Assembly (NCBI GenBank): GCA_963789395.1
Contig: CAWBKP010000011.1
Location: 160,001-224,000 of the forward strand
Reading direction: 5' to 3'
DNA length: 64,000 nt
Origin: an uncultured delta proteobacterium
GTDB taxonomy: Bacteria; Desulfobacterota; Desulfobacteria; Desulfobacterales; Desulfatirhabdiaceae
This document shows positions 25,218-36,516 of the stretch, piece by piece; position 1 is the first letter of the stretch, and every line of letters starts with the position of its first letter. The translations under genes were made by a program, and so were the position numbers. The notes beneath the pieces are model-generated. The model was not told where the DNA came from, ran no database searches, and worked only from the letters and a program-made list of their open reading frames with translations.

Positions 25218-26321
25218 TCACACAATTGCCAGTGACGTTTCCGCATCAAAAATATGGGTTTTTATCATCTTCAAATCCACCTCAAGAATCTGTCCAACGG
25301 TCGGCGGGCAATCCGGCACCTCCATTCGGGCGACGATGGATTGATCCGCGCAGGTAAGATAGACGAAAATCTCCGATCCCAGGGTTTCGACCACATCCGC
25401 ATGCGCCGTAATGGTGTTTGCGTTGGCGGTGCCCGTCGCAGCATCGTGCAGAGACATGTCTTCCGGACGCACGCCGAAGATCACCTGCCTGCCGACATGG
25501 TGTTCGAGCCGGGAATTGAACGTCTCAGGCGCCCGGACCCGGAAACCGGCAGCATCGATGAACACGGCACCATTTTCCAGAACCACCTTGGCCTCTATGA
25601 AGTTCATCGCCGGAGAGCCGATGAAGCCGGCAACAAAGCGGTTGGCAGGTTGTCCATACACCTCCATTGGTGCGCCGGTCTGCTGCAAGGCGCCGTTATG
25701 CATGATGAAGATCCTGTCGGCCATGGTCATGGCCTCCACCTGATCGTGGGTGACGTATATGATAGTGGCCCCCAGGCGACGGTGGAGTTTGCTGATTTCG
25801 GCCCGCATGGCTACCCGCAGCTTGGCATCGAGATTGGAGAGGGGTTCATCAAAGAGGAATACTTTGGGTTTGCGGACGATTGCCCTTCCAACCGCCACGC
25901 GCTGCCGCTGCCCTCCGGAGAGCTCTTTGGGTTTCCTCTCCAGCAGCGCCTGGATGCCGAGGATGTCCGCGGCCTCCTCCACCCGGGTATCAATCTCTTT
26001 TTTGCTCATCTTCCGGATCTTGAGGCCAAATCCCATGTTGTCCCGGACGTTCATGTGGGGATAGAGGGCGTAGTTCTGAAAGACCATGGCAATGTCCCGG
26101 TCTTTAGGCGGCATGTCATTTACGCATGTATCGCCAATGTATATCTGACCGGAGGTCGCTGTTTCAAGTCCGGCAATCATCCGCAGCGCCGTTGTCTTTC
26201 CGCATCCGGAGGATCCGACCAAAACCGCGAACTCGCGGTCCGCAATCTGGATCGAAAGATCGTTTACCGCCATAACCGAGCCGAATCGCTTTACAACGTT
26301 TTTCAAGATCACACTGGACAT
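25218..26321 (-). CDS. sugar ABC transporter ATP-binding subunit (MalK/UgpC-like)
   Basis: GSSGCGKTT, VFQNYALYPH, LSGGQRQR, FDEPLSNLD, YVTHDQ. Confidence 0.95.
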   Translation of the reverse strand: MSSVILKNVVKRFGSVMAVNDLSIQIADREFAVLVGSSGCGKTTALRMIAGLETATSGQIYIGDTCVNDMPPKDRDIAMVFQNYALYPHMNVRDNMGFGLKIRKMSKKEIDTRVEEAADILGIQALLERKPKELSGGQRQRVAVGRAIVRKPKVFLFDEPLSNLDAKLRVAMRAEISKLHRRLGATIIYVTHDQVEAMTMADRIFIMHNGALQQTGAPMEVYGQPANRFVAGFIGSPAMNFIEAKVVLENGAVFIDAAGFRVRAPETFNSRLEHHVGRQVIFGVRPEDMSLHDAATGTANANTITAHADVVETLGSEIFVYLTCADQSIVARMEVPDCPPTVGQILEVDLKMIKTHIFDAETSLAIV

Positions 26322-26355
26322 GTCACAGATATCCTCTCTCTTTCTGCAGCGATTC

Positions 26356-27387
26356 CTAAGGTTTGACAATGACCTTCATGAGCCCCGCTTCGCCTTTGCG
26401 CAGCCGGTCAAACCATGACGGGGCTTCCGATAACGGCACCACCGCGGACATCATCTCGTCAACCTTGACCCGTCCGCTTGCAATCATGTCCAGACATGCC
26501 GGATATTCGCCCGCAGAAGCACAAGAGCCGTAAAGCGTGAGCTGCCGCGTCACAACAGCCTGCAACGGCAATTCGACTTTGGGTGAAAGATTGCCGACCA
26601 GGCCGACCTTGCCCCCCTTTCGGACCGCATGAATCGCCAGGTTTACCGTCGGCACGATTCCGACAACTTCAAACGCCATGTCGGCGCCGCGACCGTGCGT
26701 GAGGTTCCTGACCTTCTCAACCGTCTCAGCCTCATCTGACGGGATCGCAAAATCGGCGCCCAGCTTCAAAGCCAAGTCAAGACGTGACCGGTCAAGGTCA
26801 ATGGCGATGATTCTGCCGCAACCTTTAATGCGCAGCGCCTGAATGACAAACAGGCCGATCATGCCGCAGCCCACGACGACCGCACTGTCGTTAATCCGGC
26901 TGGGTATGAGATTGGCCGCATGAAAGGCCACTGAAACAGGCTCTGTCATTGCAGCCTGCTCGAAGCTCAAGCCATCCGGCAAGCGATAGAGAACAGACTG
27001 CGGCACGGCCACATACTCTGCAAACGCACCATGCTGACGATATTCGCCGCAGGAAACCCCCAGGACCCTGCGAAAATCACTCAGGTTGAATGCCCCTTGC
27101 TGCGAATAAAAATCCTGCCGGGTCACTACCGTCGAGTCAAACGTGACGCGATCCCCCGCTTCCCATTCGGTGATGTCGCCGCCGATCTGCTCGATCAGCC
27201 CGGAAGCTTCATGCCCCATGATGATCGGAGGGATCCTTCGACCGGTGCTGCCGTCCATGCCGTGCACATCGCTGCCGCAGATACCGCAGGCTTTCACCCG
27301 GATCAGAACATCCTGGTGTCCGATTTCCGGCAGCGGAACGTCTTCGAAAGAAAACGTGTTGTATGCCTTCAGAACGAGTGCTTTCAC
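26356..27387 (-). CDS. Zn-dependent sugar/polyol dehydrogenase (MDR family)
   Basis: CGICGSD, GHEASG, VGCGMIG. Confidence 0.88.
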   Translation of the reverse strand: MKALVLKAYNTFSFEDVPLPEIGHQDVLIRVKACGICGSDVHGMDGSTGRRIPPIIMGHEASGLIEQIGGDITEWEAGDRVTFDSTVVTRQDFYSQQGAFNLSDFRRVLGVSCGEYRQHGAFAEYVAVPQSVLYRLPDGLSFEQAAMTEPVSVAFHAANLIPSRINDSAVVVGCGMIGLFVIQALRIKGCGRIIAIDLDRSRLDLALKLGADFAIPSDEAETVEKVRNLTHGRGADMAFEVVGIVPTVNLAIHAVRKGGKVGLVGNLSPKVELPLQAVVTRQLTLYGSCASAGEYPACLDMIASGRVKVDEMMSAVVPLSEAPSWFDRLRKGEAGLMKVIVKP

Positions 27388-27409
27388 GGTTCATGTCCTT
27401 AATTTGGAA

Positions 27410-28553
27410 TTATAAAAACGGTACCGATGCATAGGTGCTGTAGTCGAGATCGGCCGCCTCCGGCTCAAGCGGGAATTTAACCGGGGCATTTGTTTTCTGT
27501 GAACGGTAGATCGCCGTAAATATTTCAACTGTTTTTCGGCCGTCTTCTCCGGTAACAAGCGGCGAACGATCATCGATAATGGCCCGCAGAAAATCTTGAA
27601 TCTGCAGATGAAAATAGTGATCCATCGCATTGGGCAGCCCGCAAAAGAGCTCACTGTCATCTTTTATCCACTGATCCAGCATGTTTTCTTCACCCGCTAC
27701 CGTCCAGATATCATTCACCGGCGGTTCGATAATCGACCGATCTTCCGGCGATAAACATGGCACCGCCGTCGGTTTGCACGCCGACCGATGCGCCGTTTTG
27801 CCCGTGAACATGAACCTTGCCGTAAATGCCGGGCTTTTGGGAATTGCTCACCACGATGTTGCCGAGCGCGCCGCTCTGGAAACGGACAATCGCTACCGCC
27901 GTATCCTCCACTTCGATATAGGGATGATTGATATTTGACCAGACGCCGAAAAGCTCGGCGATCGGGCCCATAAACCACTGCAGCAGATCCAGTTGGTGGG
28001 GGGCCTGGTTGACCAGGACACCGCCGCCTTCCGCCTGCCACTGGCCGCGCCAGGGATCGCTCTCATAGTAATTCCGGTCGCGCCAGCCGAGCATCAATAC
28101 CGTCCCCAGAGCGGGTTTTCCAATTTTCCCCGCATCAATTGCCTGGCGGATGCGCTGAACCGGGGCGTAAAAACGGCGCTGGGACACCGTGCCGATTTTG
28201 ACATTGGCTTTCTTTGCCGCAGCAAGGATATCGTCGCAGTCCCGCAGATTTGATGCCAGCGGTTTTTCCACAAGAACATGAGCGCCGGCTTCAGCGGCAG
28301 TGACTGCAGCATTGCGATGCGCCGGGTGCGGCGTGCAGATTATCACCGCCTCGACACCGGCGGAAACGATCATCTCCCGAATATCGCTGAACCCTTGAAC
28401 ACCGTACTTCTCACCGAATCTTCCGGCTTTTGCCTGATTGCGACTGTACACCGCAACAAACTGTGCTTCGGGCGTTTTTGTCAGCGCTCCCGCGTGCAGG
28501 TCGCTGACTTTTCCGCAGCCGATAATTGCAGTTTTGACTTTCCGCATCGTCAT
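27410..28553 (-). CDS. Gfo/Idh/MocA family oxidoreductase, frameshifted
   Basis: IIGCG, ICTPH, LVEKP, GGGVLVNQAPHQLD; C-terminus in ORF 27410..27811. Confidence 0.88.
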
Positions 28554-28754
28554 TTTTCCTTGCCGGTGACAGGTCACCCTTTCTTGCTGAATGTCGTATT
28601 TTTATCGCCCGCCATGCCCTACGTTACAACTGACTGCCGCAAGATAATTTTCTTGCAAAAATAAGAGATTATATACCGAACCTCTTGCAAAATCAATTGC
28701 CTTTTGAGAGACTGAAACAGGGTTCAAGTTTCAGAAAGGGGCCTTTAAAAAAGT

Positions 28755-30426
28755 ATGACGACGCCAAACAGTGGACGCCCCCGAGCGTCCACTGTCATGA
28801 CGGCAAGCGAGGTGAAAACAGTGCCGCCAAGCATGATTGGGAAACAGTTCTTCGGTGCGAATATCTTCCCGGGGCGGATGGGGGGTCAGGGGAAGCCATC
28901 TCGCCGGAGCCCGAGCACGCCTTCTGTTGTAATGGGGTTTTGTGGCCCCCTTTTTCTTGCCTTGAGCATTGTCCTTCTAATTCCCCTGATCGTATCCGCA
29001 ATATATGGTGAATATGGAGAAAATTTTCTAACGATAGAGGCGTTTGTTCTTCCCAGTCTGCTGTGCCTGACACTGGGTTTTGCTCTCAAATGGAAGTTTC
29101 CATCGGAACATGCAAATGCCACACAGGCCGTACTCATCTGCAGTATCGGTTGGCTGGTGGCCTCCGGTGTCGGGGCACTTCCCTTTGTTATCGGGATCGA
29201 CAGCACTTACCTGAATGGCTATTTTGAAGCCATGAGCGGCTTTACCACTACAGGGATTACCATGTACACCGGTTTGGATGGTATGCCCAAAAGCATTCTT
29301 TTTTGGCGGGCGCTGACACAATGGGTAGGCGGGCTGGGTATCATCACCATGTTTTTGGCGGTAAATCCCAAAGGCGGCCTTGCTCATCACCTGTTTGGTG
29401 CCGAAGGGCACAAGATCAATGTCGACCGCCCGGTACCGGGGGTATCCCATACCATCAAAATCCTGCTGGGTATTTATATTCTTTTTACGGTATTGATCGC
29501 GTTATCACTCTGGATGCTGGGAATGCCGCTCTTTGATAGTATTTGCCATGCTTTCGCCGCACTGGCAACCGGGGGCTACTCTCCCCATGATGCCAGCATC
29601 GAATTTTACCGTATGAACGGCTATGTCCCACTATATTGGAATGGAATATGTTCTAATTGTCGGGATGATCATCGGCGGGATGAGCTTTGTCGTTCATTAC
29701 CGGGTGCTTTCCGGTTTCCCGAAAGCGTTGTTTGACAATGCCGAAGTTCGCTACTGGTGGTCGATCATCAGTGCGTTCACCCTGCTGATAGTTATAGAGC
29801 GGCTGTTGAGGATCGACCCTCCGGGATCAATTTCGTTGACCGATTGGGACTTATGGCGGCGATTGGAGGAGGATTTCCGACTTTCTCTTTTCCAGGTAGT
29901 TTCGGTCATCACCACAACCGGTTTCGGCACCCGGGATATCATGTCCCCGTATTTCGGCGAAGGGGCCAGACAGCTCTTTTTGATCATGATGGTGATCGGT
30001 GGATGCGTGGGTTCGACGGGCGGGGGGTTGAAAGTATTGCGGATCGTGATTCTCAATCGGCTTTTCCGACGGGAAGTTTATCGTCTGCGGGTGCCGGCCG
30101 AGGCGATTACGACGATTCTCATCGATGGCGAGCAGGTGGATCAGGAAGAAATATACAGGGTCGGGGCGTTGTTTTTCGGGTGGATTGTGTTGCTTGTATT
30201 GGGGGGCGGGGTAACCGAGTTTTTATCCAAACACTCGGGGTATGCGGCGTTATCGGGAATGTTCAGCGCATTGGGAAACGTGGGACCTTGTTTTATTTCA
30301 GCACAGGATATCACACAGCTGCATCCTGTCATTAAGACCGTTTACATCATGGGCATGCTGGCGGGACGACTGGAGATTCTGCCGGTTTTTCTACTCTTCA
30401 GTCGAAAGGCGTGGAGATCCTACTGA
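28755..30426 (+). CDS. trkH: Trk potassium uptake membrane subunit, frameshifted; start uncertain
   Basis: Pore motifs FEAMSGFTTTG, ATGGYS, TTTGFG, LGNVGP; GGCVGSTGGG; GRLEI. Confidence 0.9.
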
Positions 30427-30447
30427 ACTTTTAAGGAGGCAAGTGAG

Positions 30448-31122
30448 ATGCGAGTCGTTGTTGCAGGTGCGGGCGTTATCGGTTTTCAAGTCGTCAAAAT
30501 GCTTGTGACGAACAAGCATGACGTGGTGGTTATCGACCTGGACAGGGCTGTTTGTGAAGCGATTTATGCCGATACCGGGGCCGTTATTATCAACGGCAGC
30601 GCCACCGACATCCGTATTCTGGAAAAAGCGGGGGTTCGCAACTCGGATGTCATGGCTTGCCTGGTCCGCAATGATTCAGATAACATCGCTTGTGCGCTGC
30701 TGTCCAAAAGCCTGGGTGTTCCATCCATCATCGCCCTGTTACGAAAACCCGAATATGAGGAAGCCTACCGCACGGTGGGCGTCACGCAAGTCATCAGCAC
30801 CACGGACATTCTGGCCCACCAGCTGATCGTGGAGATTGAACAGCCCAAAGTGAGGAAAATTATCTCGATCGGCGGCGGCAAGGCTGAAATCTACGCCGTT
30901 CATATTCCCGCGGAAGCCAAATGCGTCGGTCTAATGGTAAAGGAGATTACCCAGGAGAAGAATTTCCCCCGCGATTGCGTCTTTATGGGGATTTATCATG
31001 AGACAAAAGATCTGTTTTTCATTCCCAGGGGAGATCATAGCCTGGATGCTCTGGATACCGTATTTCTGGTGGCCAACGGCCAGAATATTAAAAAAGCGAC
31101 CGATTTTTTAACGCGGAAATAA
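30448..31122 (+). CDS. trkA: TrkA-family RCK regulatory subunit
   Basis: VAGAGVIG Rossmann motif plus TrkA_C domain; follows trkH. Confidence 0.88.
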   Translation: MRVVVAGAGVIGFQVVKMLVTNKHDVVVIDLDRAVCEAIYADTGAVIINGSATDIRILEKAGVRNSDVMACLVRNDSDNIACALLSKSLGVPSIIALLRKPEYEEAYRTVGVTQVISTTDILAHQLIVEIEQPKVRKIISIGGGKAEIYAVHIPAEAKCVGLMVKEITQEKNFPRDCVFMGIYHETKDLFFIPRGDHSLDALDTVFLVANGQNIKKATDFLTRK

Positions 31123-31289
31123 AACAGACTTGGGTTTCGCTCAAGAAAGTGACCCATTCCACGCATTATATTCCCGTCGCAACAGGGAATCTTGATGAAA
31201 AGGAGCTGACAATGCCGGCCGTTCAAGGTCCGGCTGGCTCTCGTGCGTTTATTGTTTATTAGCCAAATTTGACAGCGAAGAGGCTTTAT

Positions 31290-32019
31290 TTAATTCCAAG
31301 CAGCGAGAATAGATGTTTTTATTGGTTCTGCCTCCAGGCAACGGGCCATGATCAGGTCTTTCCAGAAAATCGCCTTGATGTCCAGTCGATCGAGCGTCGG
31401 CAGAAACCAGCCTGAAAAACGCCTGCAGTGCTTGTCATCGTATTTATCCACCCTTCGTTTAACCACAGCGCGCAAGGAAGTTTTGGTCAAAAACTCGTCG
31501 AACAGGCCTTGGTTAATTTGACTTGATAGCACATAAAAGCCGAGTGCCTTGAATTCTTGTGCCTGCCTTATGGTTCGCTTCAGGACTTCTGCAATACACA
31601 CTTCGTTATGCATCCCCCGCGTTGCAATAAGTAGCTTTCTCAACGCTTGCAGTCAATTTGCTATACATTTTAGCTTCAATCAGACAAAATGCCTGGCATC
31701 TAGAGCAGAGAGTCATATCCCGTTTTGCACCGTTTCCGATGTCAAAGTGGCCAATGAATGCATCCGCATGAGTCCATGATTCCGTGATTGTGTCCTCCTG
31801 GAACTCTGATAGGAAAGCAGGTGGAAGCAGCGCCTCGGAATACCACCTGGACCATAGCGGAACAGTCAGCGGGTGCCGTCCATCCTTCAGATCAATGGAC
31901 GCAAATAGATCCAATGCCAAACCAAACATCCAGCCGTCACTGTCGCAATGCTGTGACGGCATGTCCGGGGGGACTGTGTTGCAAGTATTGATAAGTGTCT
32001 CAATCCGCTCGAATATCAT
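31290..32019 (-). CDS. hypothetical protein with PD-(D/E)XK nuclease-like motif, frameshifted or degenerate
   Basis: THAD...IEAK; split into ORFs 31606..32019 and 31290..31643. Confidence 0.45.
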
Positions 32020-32552
32020 TTCAATTGCCTTGCTGCCTCCAGCTGAGCAAAATTGTCACGGTCTGTAGAAGAGGTTGAGTTATAAATATATAGATCACTG
32101 GATTGCATCTGAATAGGAACAAAAGCGCGATTATTTTGCTCTTTGTTGTATAGAAATCAATCTCATTATATTTTTAAATCGGCACCTTTTCGCAGAACTT
32201 GAATGAAAAATGAAAGACAAATCCGAAGAAATGACATAGAAAACCTGAAATTTCAGGCCGTCCGCCTTTGAAATCACACCGCGTCGAAAGGTCAATCAAA
32301 CAACTTATTGTGAAAAACCGGCAGGAAAAGCCAGGCTTCAAAAACCCGGCTATCGGCAAGTAAATGTAATTGACAGCATCCGTTACTGATGCTATCAAAA
32401 AACGCAATAATATGAATTTTCCATATCAACACCATACCACTTCAACTGGAAATTCCCCTGCCCCAGATAAGTCGAATTAATTCCGGTCAGCAGCAGCTTT
32501 GCAGGCAAAAAATCCAACAAGATATGATGACGCCACAACCAGGAAAATCGCT

Positions 32553-33617
32553 ATGAGACAACTTGCTTGCATTTTTTCCCTTTTTCTCGTGTCCTGCTCG
32601 CCTGCCGTGCATGCGAATTTCGATAAGTCGCCGGCGCCGGTGTCTTCCACTCTCATCTGGCCTGCCGGTCTGCCTGTTTATGATCACATCGTGATTGTTG
32701 TCGAAGAAAACAAAGATTACGAAGAGATCATCGGTAACGCAACCGCCCCTTATATCAATACCGTGCTGAGGAAAGCGGGAGCAAATTTTACACGGATGTA
32801 CGGCGAAGAACACTTCAGTCAGGGTAACTACTACTGGATGTTTTCAGGCGGCAATCAGACCGTCGGCTTCACGGATCAGGTTCCGTCTGAAAGGAATAAT
32901 CCCGGCTACCCGTTTAAAACCGCCAATCTGGGCGAGCAATTGATCCATAAGGGGTTGTCCTTCAAAGGCTATGCGGAGAGCCTGCCTGAAATCGGATTCA
33001 CGGGCGATAAAGCGTCGGCAGGCCTTTATGCCAGAAAGCACGTTCCCTGGATCAGCTTTGCCAACGTTCCCAACGGCGAAAAAGTCGCAACCTCTTCCAA
33101 CCTCAGGTTTGCGGATTTTCCCTCCGATCCTTCCGGGTATGACGCCCTTCCCACCGTTGCCTTCGTCATTCCCAACCTGGACAACGACATGCACAACGGC
33201 CCCATCACCGAGAGCATTCCGGCAGGCGACCGCTGGCTGCGGAAAAACATCGACCCCTACTACCAATGGGCCAAGGATCACAACAGCCTTCTGATTCTCA
33301 CATTCGATGAAAACAATGACAAGAGAGGCTACATGGGACTGACAAACCCGTTGGTGGACCCGCAGGCATGTGTCGGCGACGGCCGCGATCACGAGTACTG
33401 TATCGACATGCAGAATCGAATCGTCACGATCTTTGCAGGAGCGCATATCAGGCCCGGTGATTATCCGGAGGGCAAGGGGATCACACATGTCAGCATTCTG
33501 CGCACACTCGAAGCCATGTACGGGTTATCCAAAGCAGGCGTCCAGCAGCCCAATGCAGCCGGAGGCGGCATCGCCGACGATTTCATTATCACAGACGTAT
33601 TTGAGACCGTAAAGTAG
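32553..33617 (+). CDS. exported phosphoesterase / acid phosphatase family protein
   Basis: Signal peptide, DHIVIVVEEN, SQGNY, YARKHVPW, NDMHNG, LTFDE. Confidence 0.85.
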   Translation: MRQLACIFSLFLVSCSPAVHANFDKSPAPVSSTLIWPAGLPVYDHIVIVVEENKDYEEIIGNATAPYINTVLRKAGANFTRMYGEEHFSQGNYYWMFSGGNQTVGFTDQVPSERNNPGYPFKTANLGEQLIHKGLSFKGYAESLPEIGFTGDKASAGLYARKHVPWISFANVPNGEKVATSSNLRFADFPSDPSGYDALPTVAFVIPNLDNDMHNGPITESIPAGDRWLRKNIDPYYQWAKDHNSLLILTFDENNDKRGYMGLTNPLVDPQACVGDGRDHEYCIDMQNRIVTIFAGAHIRPGDYPEGKGITHVSILRTLEAMYGLSKAGVQQPNAAGGGIADDFIITDVFETVK

Positions 33618-33645
33618 TGGCGCATTCGACAAAAAGGAAATCATC

Positions 33646-34890
33646 ATGAGCCCCCCCATTGCCGCAACATGTGACGTCCGACCCAAGGGCAAGGAAAATG
33701 CTACAGCCTTCAAGGTGCTGGGAGCCATCAGCTTTTCGCACCTTCTAAACGATATGATCCAATCCCTGCTGCCGGCTATTTATCCCCTGCTGAAAAGCGC
33801 GTTTTTCCTCAGTTTCACCCAGATCGGCCTGATCACGCTGACATTTCAGATCACCGCATCCTTGTTGCAGCCCATGGTGGGACTATACACGGATCACCAC
33901 CCCAAGCCCTATTCATTGTCCATTGGCATGGGATGCACCTTAACAGGCCTTGTCATTCTGGCTTTTGCGCCAAGCTACGGCATACTGCTGATTGCCGCCG
34001 CAATGGTCGGCATGGGCTCATCATTTTTCATCCGGAATCATCCCGGGTGGCGCGAATGGCTTCCGGCGGTCGATTTGGATTGGCGCAGTCGATTTTCCAG
34101 GTGGGTGGGAATGCCGGCAGCGCAACAGGTCCGCTTCTGGCTGCCTTGATAATCATTCCCCAAGGCCGACACAGCATTGCCTGGTTCTCGCTGGCTGCGT
34201 TGCTCGCCATGCTGGTGCTGTGGCAGGTCGGTGGCTGGTATAAGCGCCAGCAATCGCAAATGGCCCGGCCGGACAAATCCTCCATGCACTCCGAGGAGGC
34301 GCTGCCTTCACGGACGGTGGCAAGATCGATGGTGGTCCTGCTGATACTGATTTTCTCGAAATTTTTTTACCTGGCCAGTCTGAACAGCTACTACATTTTT
34401 TTTCTGATCAGCAAATTCCACCTTTCGGTGCAATCCGCCCAAATTCACCTTTTCGTGTTTTTATCAGCTGTTGCCATCGGAACCGTCTGCGGCGGGCATA
34501 TCGGCGATCGAATCGGCCGCAAGCGTGTGATCTGGGTCTCCATTCTGGGCGTTGCGCCCTTCACGCTGATTTTGCCGTACGCGACTCTGGCATGGACCGG
34601 ACCGTTGACTTTCATCATCGGCCTGATTCTGGCATCGGCTTTCCCTGCGATTCTGGTTTTCGCACAGGAACTTTTGCCCGGGAAAAGTGGGGATGGTATC
34701 CGGGCTGTTTTTCGGACTTGCATTCGGTATGGCCGGTATTGGTGCGGCGGTGTTGGGGAAACTGGCAGATTTGCAGGGTATCGACTATGTCTACCGGGTG
34801 TGCGCATTCCTGCCGTTATTTGGATTGTTGACGGTTTTTCTGCCGGACTTGGGAAGACCGACTATTAAGAAGATCCCCCTATCTCCATGA
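33646..34890 (+). CDS. fsr: Fsr-like MFS transporter (fosmidomycin resistance family), frameshifted
   Basis: SHLLNDMIQSLLPAIYP, FHPESSRVARMASGGRFGLAQSIFQVGGNAG, GLFFGLAFG. Confidence 0.85.
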
Positions 34891-35052
34891 CACACACGGA
34901 TGTGGAAGGATGACGGTCCGCTAAAAACAGGCGCACAGTGTATTTTCGCGCAAAAGCCATGCAAGAATGGGAGCAACGGTGAACCCGTTGCCATATGATG
35001 ATCCAGGGAAGGGCGGCTTAAGCAGGATGGCAAGACAGCGGCATTTTTTGCG

Positions 35053-35478
35053 TTAAATCTCCCAGAAGTGATTATAGAACTGGCTCAAAATTTCTTTATG
35101 TTCCTCGTAAAATTTAACGCCGACCCCTTCTTCCGTTCGCCGGACAACTTTTCCTTTCGCTTTGATATTTCCTTCCATACCGGGAATGGAAGCAACCATG
35201 GTGGTGTCATCGCCGACAGCAATGGGCTTTGTTGTTCTGATGAATGCCCCACCGGAGCTGATATTCTCAAGGGTGTCGGAATAAAATTTGTCCTTGACGG
35301 AATAATCCACGGTGACTTTGAAATATTTTCTACCCGTATTTCTTTTGTCACCTGCTTTTGCAATAATTTTAACATAATTAAGCAACTCATGCTTTTGTTT
35401 ATTAGAAAATTTCTTGACCATCTGCGTGAGCATTTCGATCAATCCGGAGTCGTCCATCATGTTTTTTTCTGTTGTCAT
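35053..35478 (-). CDS. PilZ domain protein
   Basis: RxxxR (RNTGR) and NISSGG c-di-GMP-binding motifs; GVGVKF. Confidence 0.85.
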   Translation of the reverse strand: MTTEKNMMDDSGLIEMLTQMVKKFSNKQKHELLNYVKIIAKAGDKRNTGRKYFKVTVDYSVKDKFYSDTLENISSGGAFIRTTKPIAVGDDTTMVASIPGMEGNIKAKGKVVRRTEEGVGVKFYEEHKEILSQFYNHFWEI

Positions 35479-35970
35479 GTTACACATCCTTAAGCCAGAA
35501 ACGTTTAGATCGGGGTTAAAGCCATGAGTTGCCCTTTGGATAACTGGTTCTGGTTAACACCAGACCCGGATGCTGTCAAGAATGTTTTCTTTCCGATCCC
35601 CAAAAGCGTGCAGGGATAAACATGCAATCATTTCCCCTGCATCTTTGCCTGAACTTATAGCCAATAGGAATTTACTGTCCGGATCCGGACAACCTGCTGA
35701 TCTTCGCCAAGAATCCAAACTCAGGCCACATATGTCAAAAAGCAGTGTTCACTTTAATTCTCTATTGTATGTAGGCGAAAAATCGGTTTGATTTTTCGGT
35801 TTTCATACGGAAAAACAAAAGAGATCTGGGCGACGGATATTTCAAGGCCGGCGGACGCAGATTCACGGAGGTTGAAATGGGATTGTTTGCACGAAAAAAG
35901 CCGGTAGAGATTCTCTGGAAGTATTGAACCAGCATCTGGATGAATGCCGGGAAAGGGTTCAGGCGCTGCA

Positions 35971-36516
35971 TCATATTTTGGACGTTTTCGAAATGTCGAA
36001 AATGCCGAAGGGAAACCGGCCCGATGCCCGGTCCTGGAAATAATGCCGAAGGGTTTCGGTAATGACGGTAAAGGACAGATCGTTCCAGGGGATTTGCGCT
36101 TCGCTGAAAAGACGGACATCGAGGCTTTCACTGCCCGCGGAAAAATTCAGATCCGCCAGCCGGGCGCGAAACATAAGATATATCTGATCGATGTGACAGA
36201 TGTTAAAAAGCAGATACGGTCTCAGCCCGACAAGACGGGCCCTGGCCTCTTCGTATGTCTCTCGTTCTGCGCAGGCATTGACCGTTTCTCCGTTCTCCAG
36301 ATATCCGGCCGGAAGCGTCCAGGTCCCTATCCGGGGTGCGATGGCCCGGCGGCAGAGCAGAATCCTGCCTTCATGCTCGGGAATGCTGCCCACCACCATT
36401 TTGGGGTTTTCATAGTGTATGGTGCCACATGCCGGACAGAAAAACCGGGGGCGGTCATCGTTTGGGGGCGTTGTGAACGTCAGCTCACCGCCGCAGTCGC
36501 AGCATCGATTCATCAT
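35971..36516 (-). CDS. NUDIX hydrolase with N-terminal Zn ribbon
   Basis: CCDCG...CPACG, YENPK, Nudix box GYLENGETVNACAERETYEEA. Confidence 0.9.
   Translation of the reverse strand: MMNRCCDCGGELTFTTPPNDDRPRFFCPACGTIHYENPKMVVGSIPEHEGRILLCRRAIAPRIGTWTLPAGYLENGETVNACAERETYEEARARLVGLRPYLLFNICHIDQIYLMFRARLADLNFSAGSESLDVRLFSEAQIPWNDLSFTVITETLRHYFQDRASGRFPFGIFDISKTSKI

Noticed and set aside
28678..28745. GAACCTCTTGCAAAA, similar to the TIR of the 43080 MITE
   Set aside because: No convincing partner TIR or target duplication; at most a solo end
28755..28930. c-di-AMP or other riboswitch upstream of trkH (hairpin ACAGTGGACGC/GCGTCCACTGT)
   Set aside because: A hairpin is present, but I could not match ydaO consensus elements and the region is an open frame continuous with trkH; an Rfam scan would settle it
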